This document shows, in pieces, positions 59,658-64,000 of a stretch of 64,000 bases of DNA. This stretch comes from Planctomycetia bacterium (lineage in GTDB: Bacteria > Planctomycetota > Planctomycetia > Pirellulales > UBA1268): the NCBI GenBank assembly GCA_021414115.1, contig JAIOPD010000070.1:40879-104878 (forward strand), written 5' to 3'. Each line of letters begins with the position of its first letter. Within the stretch, counting starts at the first letter, position 1. A program made the translations under genes and the position numbers. A model generated the notes under the pieces. The model was not told where the DNA came from and ran no database searches. It saw only the letters and a program-made list of their open reading frames with translations.

Positions 59658-61822
59658 TCCGTAAACGGCCGACCGCTGGCGGCATGGGCCAGCAGCCGCT
59701 CGGTGGGATGCATCCGCGGGCCGAGTTCGGCGAGCGGCTCGAGCCGGCGCACGATCTCCGCGGCGCCGAGCGAATCGGCCCAGGCGAGCAGCCCGCCGCG
59801 AAACGCGGGGAATCCCAGGGCGTGGATCACGGCCAGGTCGATGTCGCGGCCGTCGCGGACGAGCCCCTCGTCGAGTCCGCGCAGCGCCTCGAGCAGCATC
59901 GGTAGGAGGAGGCGGTCGGTGATCGTGCGATCGTTCGTATCGCGCCGCGGATGCGCATAGCGGGCAATCACTCCAGCGGCGGTCTCGTCGACGCCGACGA
60001 TCCGCTCCCGCTGGCCCGCACCGGAATACCGGTAGAAGCCGGCGCCGGTTTTACGGCCGAGCCGCCCCGCTTTCACGAGCGCGGGGATCACGGGCGAGGC
60101 CTCGATGCGGTCGCCATAGGCGGCGCTGAGCACGAGCCCGGCGTAAAAGGCCGTGTCGAGGCCGATCATGTCGTAGAGCTCGATCGGCCCCATCGGCATC
60201 CCGAAGGAGCGGGCGACGCGGTCGATCCGCGCGGCCGCGACCCCTTCCCGCAGCAGTTCTCCCGCCTCGTGGAGATACGGCATCAGGATCCGGTTGACGA
60301 GGAATCCGGGGCTGTCGTTGACCACCACCGGACACTTGCCGAGCCGCTTCGCGTGAGCCACGGCGGCGGCCACGGTGCGATCGCTCGTGGCGGGGCCGCG
60401 GACCACCTCGACGAGTGTCATGCGGCGGACCGGATTGAAAAAGTGGAGTCCGCAGAACCGCGTCGGATCGGAGAGCCCTGCGGCCAGACGGGCGATGGGA
60501 TTGGTCGAGGTGTTGGTCGTGATCACGGTGGCAGGTCCCACCATGCCCTCGATTTCGGTGAGCACCTGCTGCTTCACGTCGGGGCGTTCCGTGACGCTCT
60601 CGATCACGAAGTCGGTGTCGGCGATCGCCGCCAATCGCTGCGCGGTCCGCAGCCGACCGGCGATCTGCACCGCCAGCGCCGCGTCGCTCCGCTTGGCCGC
60701 TCGGTTCCACGATGCCTCTTCGAGGATCGTCGGCACGGCGGCGGCGAGGGCCTCCGCGTTGAGGTCGATGAGCGTCAGCGGAAATCCGGCACGCAGGTGG
60801 CTCGCGGCGATGCCCGCTCCCATGATCCCGGCGCCGATCACCGCCGGCGCCGTCGCGGGCGAGATCTCCGGGGCGGTCGCCGCGTCACCGCCGACGCCCG
60901 AGTCGCGCCGATTGCGTTCGCCGATCATGAACACCCGCAGGAGGTTGGCCGCCGGCGGCGAGGCAGCGAGCGCGGCGAAGGCGGCCGACTCGAGCTGGGC
61001 AGCGGCCGCCGCCTCGACCGCCGAGCCCGCCAGGATCGTCTCGAGAATCGCGAGGGGCGCGGGATAATGGCCGCCCGTCCGGCCGAGCATCACCGCCGCT
61101 GTCGTGGCTTCGAGAAACTCCCGCTCGACCGGATCGAGATCGACGGCCGCCGCGAGCCGGCGGCGGCGGGCGACGATGCCCCCCTGCTCCACCTCGCGCG
61201 CGAGCAGCAGGCAGGCTGATTCAACCGCGGCCGCGGCCGGCACGCAGGCGTCGACGATCCCCAGCCGCAGGGCCGTGGCGGCATCGACGTTCTCACCCGA
61301 GGCGGCGAACTCGACGGCCGGGCCCGGCCCGATGAGCCGCGGCAGGCGGACGGTGCCTCCCCAGCCAGGCAGGAGGCCGAGTTTCACCTCGGGGAGCCCG
61401 AGCAGGGTGTGCGGCTCGGGAGTTGCCACGCGCACGTCGCAGGCGAGGGCGAGTTCGAGTCCACCCCCGAGACAGGCGCCGTCGATCACTGCGGCGGTGG
61501 GAAACGTCGCCGAGAGCTTGGCGAAGACCGCCTTGCCGCGAGCGCAGAGGTCTGCGATCACGGCTGGCGGTCGCGTCCGCAGCGATTCCAGGCGGGAGAC
61601 ATCGGCCCCGGCGAAGAAACTCCCGGGTCTGCCCGACCGAATGATGACGCCCCGCGGCAGCGGCCCGGCGGCGAGGTCATCGAGTACCAGCGAGAGTTCC
61701 TCGACCGCCAGCGGCGTGAGCACGTTGTGGCGATGGTCTGGCACGCTGCAGACGAGCACCACGAAGCCGTCAGCGGTCCGGTCGATGGCCAGCGTCTCGA
61801 GATCCCGGGCGATGGCGGGCAT
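59654..61822 (-). CDS. multifunctional enoyl-CoA hydratase / 3-hydroxyacyl-CoA dehydrogenase (FadB/FadJ-like)
   Basis: Starts at the ATG at 61822 (MPAIARDLETL). Crotonase motif GSFFAGADV...GGGLELALACD. NAD-binding VIGAGIMGAGIAA. 3HCDH C-terminal domains. Confidence 0.9.
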   Translation of the reverse strand: MPAIARDLETLAIDRTADGFVVLVCSVPDHRHNVLTPLAVEELSLVLDDLAAGPLPRGVIIRSGRPGSFFAGADVSRLESLRTRPPAVIADLCARGKAVFAKLSATFPTAAVIDGACLGGGLELALACDVRVATPEPHTLLGLPEVKLGLLPGWGGTVRLPRLIGPGPAVEFAASGENVDAATALRLGIVDACVPAAAAVESACLLLAREVEQGGIVARRRRLAAAVDLDPVEREFLEATTAAVMLGRTGGHYPAPLAILETILAGSAVEAAAAAQLESAAFAALAASPPAANLLRVFMIGERNRRDSGVGGDAATAPEISPATAPAVIGAGIMGAGIAASHLRAGFPLTLIDLNAEALAAAVPTILEEASWNRAAKRSDAALAVQIAGRLRTAQRLAAIADTDFVIESVTERPDVKQQVLTEIEGMVGPATVITTNTSTNPIARLAAGLSDPTRFCGLHFFNPVRRMTLVEVVRGPATSDRTVAAAVAHAKRLGKCPVVVNDSPGFLVNRILMPYLHEAGELLREGVAAARIDRVARSFGMPMGPIELYDMIGLDTAFYAGLVLSAAYGDRIEASPVIPALVKAGRLGRKTGAGFYRYSGAGQRERIVGVDETAAGVIARYAHPRRDTNDRTITDRLLLPMLLEALRGLDEGLVRDGRDIDLAVIHALGFPAFRGGLLAWADSLGAAEIVRRLEPLAELGPRMHPTERLLAHAASGRPFTE

Positions 61823-61936
61823 TTCGCGGTGCTTTCGTCGGTTTCGCTTGCCTGGAACGTGAAAACCGCTAGTGTATCGGGAGTTTTTCCCGGCCACAGC
61901 CGGTAATCCTCGGGCACAGGGAGGTCGAGCGCGTCC

Positions 61937-62590
61937 ATGACGAACCCGGAGCAGATTTCCAGCCGCCGTTCTCGTGATGCGGCCGCGGGCCGCCCGGTGC
62001 ATTCGCCGCTCGTGCTGGGCTGCGTGTGGACGGCGCTCGTCGCAGTCGCCGTGATCGGCCGACTCTGGCAGCCGTCTTGGAACGGCGAGCCCCTCTGGAA
62101 TGCGACTCCGCTCGCTGGTGTGGCTCTGGCGGCGGGATTCGTGTTTCCAAACATGCTGCTGGCCGCCACCGTGCCGCTGGCGGCTCTGGCGATCAGCAAC
62201 CTCGCGCTGCCGCCATACGGAAGCCTGATTCTGGCGGCGGTCGTCTACGCAGCGACTGCGTGGCCGGTGCTCCTGGGCAGCTTTGGCCTGCTCGGCCGCG
62301 ACAAGCCGCGGTGGGCAGCCGTGATCGGCGGCAGCCTCGCCAGTTCACTCGTTTTCTACGTCACGACGAACGTGGCCCATTGGCTGTGCACGGCGGACTA
62401 CCCACGGACGGCCGCCGGGCTGGTCGAGTGCCTCGTCGCGGCCCTTCCCTTCTACCGCTGGATGCCGGTCGGCGATGTGGCCTGGACGATCGTCGTCTTC
62501 GGTCTTCTCGCCGTGGCCCGTACGGCCGTCGATGCGGCAGCGCTGCGGGGCCTCCGTTCGCAGGCCATTTCGGTGCGGCCGCTTGACTGA
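61937..62590 (+). CDS. hypothetical polytopic membrane protein
   Basis: 217 aa with about six hydrophobic helices (VLGCVWTALVAVAVIG, LAGVALAAGFVF, ...). Divergent from the beta-oxidation operon. Confidence 0.6.
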   Translation: MTNPEQISSRRSRDAAAGRPVHSPLVLGCVWTALVAVAVIGRLWQPSWNGEPLWNATPLAGVALAAGFVFPNMLLAATVPLAALAISNLALPPYGSLILAAVVYAATAWPVLLGSFGLLGRDKPRWAAVIGGSLASSLVFYVTTNVAHWLCTADYPRTAAGLVECLVAALPFYRWMPVGDVAWTIVVFGLLAVARTAVDAAALRGLRSQAISVRPLD

Positions 62591-62622
62591 CCGGCAAACC
62601 GGTCGAGAATGCAAGACTCCTC

Positions 62623-62659
62623 GGAAGCCAGGCGTCATATCGGATGACGTCCGGCTTCC
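62623..62659 (+). repeat. 37-nt hairpin with Family-1-type termini (GGAAGCC...GGCTTCC)
   Basis: GGAAGCCAGGCGTCAT-ATCGG-ATGACGTCCGGCTTCC. 15 of 16 positions pair (one G-U). It lies between the membrane-protein stop (62590) and tRNA-Leu (62667). Confidence 0.75.
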
Positions 62660-62666
62660 AATCGCC

Positions 62667-62750
62667 GCGGGAATGGCGGAATTGGCAGACGCGCCAGGTT
62701 GAGGGCCTGGTGGTAGTAATACCGTGCAGGTTCAAGTCCTGTTTCCCGCA
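62667..62750 (+). tRNA. tRNA-Leu (anticodon GAG), no encoded CCA
   Basis: Hand fold. Acceptor stem GCGGGAA/TTCCCGC. Anticodon stem CCAGG/CCTGG with loop TTGAGGG. Long variable arm GGTA-GTAA-TACC. T arm GCAGG-TTCAAGT-CCTGT. Discriminator A. Confidence 0.9.
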
Positions 62751-62797
62751 TTTCTGTTTTTCCGTCCGTCGAGGACGGCCGCGAACCGCGACGTTTC

Positions 62798-64000
62798 ATG
62801 AGCACTTCTCCAGATCCCTCGGCCGCGGACTCCGCGGCCAACTCCGACGACTCGGCTGGAGCCCCTGTGGCCCGACGGATTCCGATCGGCACCCAGCGGC
62901 CGGGCGTGAAGCCACCTTCGCTCGCACCGAAGTATGAATACGTCGCACCGCCGCAGGCGGCCGCTGCGGCTGACGCCGCCGTGACCGCCCAGCCCGTGCC
63001 CTCAGGGTCGCCCGCGCCGGCGCCGGCGGTCGAGCCAACGACAGCGGCCGGCCCAAAACGCGACGATGGCCCGAAACGCGAAGACGGTGGCCGTGGCCGC
63101 CGCGATCGTCGCCGCGACGACAAGCCGCGTGCGTTCACGGATGTGTTGCCCCCGGCCCGCCGCGTGGCCGTCCCCAACATCCGCGCCGCGCTCGACGATG
63201 AACTCGAGGCCGACTTCGAGGCGGCGCTCGAGGGCGTGGCCGTCGATGACCTGCTGGCCGCGGGCGCCACGGCGAAGGCCGAGATGCCGATCGAGCCCGG
63301 CACGCGAGTCATGGCAACCGTGCTCTCGGTCGGTCCCGACACGGCGTTCGTCGACCTCGGCGGCCGCCGCCAGGGTGCGATGAAACTCGCCGGCATCGTC
63401 GATGCGGGCCTCGATATTCCCGCGGTCGGCGAGTCGGTCGAGGTTTCAGTCGGCTCCCGCAACGACGACGACAACCTCTACGACGTCGCCCTCGGCAACC
63501 GGGCCATCGCCGTCGAGGACTGGTCGCAGATCCAAAACGGCATGGTCGTGGAGGCCCGCGTCGTGGCCGCCAACAAGGGCGGGCTCGAATGTGAAGTGGC
63601 CGGGCTGCGCGGCTTCATGCCGGCGAGCCTCGTGAGCACGTGGCGGATCGAAAACTTCGAGGAACTGGTCGGCCAGACGCTCGACAGCCTGGTCACCGAG
63701 ATCGTGCCCGAGGCACGGCGGCTGGTGCTCTCGCGGCGGGCCGTGATCGAAAAACAGGCCGCCGACGCCAAGGCCAAGCTTCTCGAGACCCTCGAACCGG
63801 GCACCGAACTCGACGGTATCGTCCGCTCGGTCCGCGATTTCGGGGCCTTCGTCGACATCGGCAACGGCGTCGAGGGCCTCGTGCATGTGAGCGAACTCTC
63901 CTGGGATCGCGTCGCCAGCGCGACCGACGTGCTCCAGCAGGGGCAGAAGGTCCGGGTCATCGTCAAGAAGGTCGATCGCCAGACGGGCAAGATCGGCCTC
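62798..64000 (+). CDS. rpsA: 30S ribosomal protein S1-like (S1 RNA-binding repeats) with N-terminal Pro/Ala/Arg-rich extension; runs off the right edge
   Basis: Not in the ORF track because there is no stop inside the window. The frame is open for 401 codons from the ATG at 62798. It contains GTRVMATVLSVGPDTAFVDLGG, VEARVVAANKGGLECEVAGLRGFMPASL and GIVRSVRDFGAFVDIGNGVEGLVHVSELSW. Confidence 0.85.
   Translation, partial: MSTSPDPSAADSAANSDDSAGAPVARRIPIGTQRPGVKPPSLAPKYEYVAPPQAAAAADAAVTAQPVPSGSPAPAPAVEPTTAAGPKRDDGPKREDGGRGRRDRRRDDKPRAFTDVLPPARRVAVPNIRAALDDELEADFEAALEGVAVDDLLAAGATAKAEMPIEPGTRVMATVLSVGPDTAFVDLGGRRQGAMKLAGIVDAGLDIPAVGESVEVSVGSRNDDDNLYDVALGNRAIAVEDWSQIQNGMVVEARVVAANKGGLECEVAGLRGFMPASLVSTWRIENFEELVGQTLDSLVTEIVPEARRLVLSRRAVIEKQAADAKAKLLETLEPGTELDGIVRSVRDFGAFVDIGNGVEGLVHVSELSWDRVASATDVLQQGQKVRVIVKKVDRQTGKIGL

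Noticed and set aside
62635-63886. Two minus-strand ORFs (279 aa and 146 aa) at the right edge
   Set aside because: They are antisense to the S1-domain gene. That gene is absent from the track only because it has no stop within the window.

Overview
This is a 64-kb, gene-dense, high-GC chromosomal segment. Sampled 60-nt lines run about 70% G+C (42/60 at 10081). The gene content looks like a Planctomycetota-type bacterium: a DUF1549/DUF1553 plus TAT-signal DUF1501 pair, a PilM-PilN fusion, a small basic protein, and a secreted protein with an N-terminal R-rich ...LESRxAL motif. Both window edges cut genes that the ORF track misses, kdsB on the left and an S1-domain rpsA-like gene on the right.

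Most of the window is housekeeping or core:
- glmS, cmk, plsC, ilvB, mfd, gltA, tadA, a hemY-type protoporphyrinogen oxidase, sppA and tRNA-Leu(GAG).
- Two Ser/Thr kinases.
- A circularly-permuted ATP-grasp / alpha-E / transglutaminase operon.
- A three-gene beta-oxidation operon containing a FadD-FadE fusion.
- A four-gene pilM-led operon whose three downstream products I cannot assign to any family.

One stretch, about 30.7-39.3 kb, looks like a decaying accessory islet. It holds vapBC, a frameshifted beta-propeller remnant, DUF1080-like fragments, an IS630 element split into two frames, an intact GH64-like giant secreted protein and an asparagine synthase wreck. It also has visibly lower-GC patches.

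The signal the gene models do not explain is a set of long, imperfectly palindromic rod-hairpin intergenic repeats:
- Family 1 has five ~106-nt copies plus one 37-nt mini-hairpin with the same termini. Every member sits just after a stop codon.
- Family 2 has two copies in opposite orientation.
- Both families show compensatory base-pair changes between copies, and they share a CCCGGAGC...ACGGGTAG core.

Many very long antisense ORFs in the track are high-GC artefacts and were rejected. No CRISPR array, rRNA or prophage was seen.
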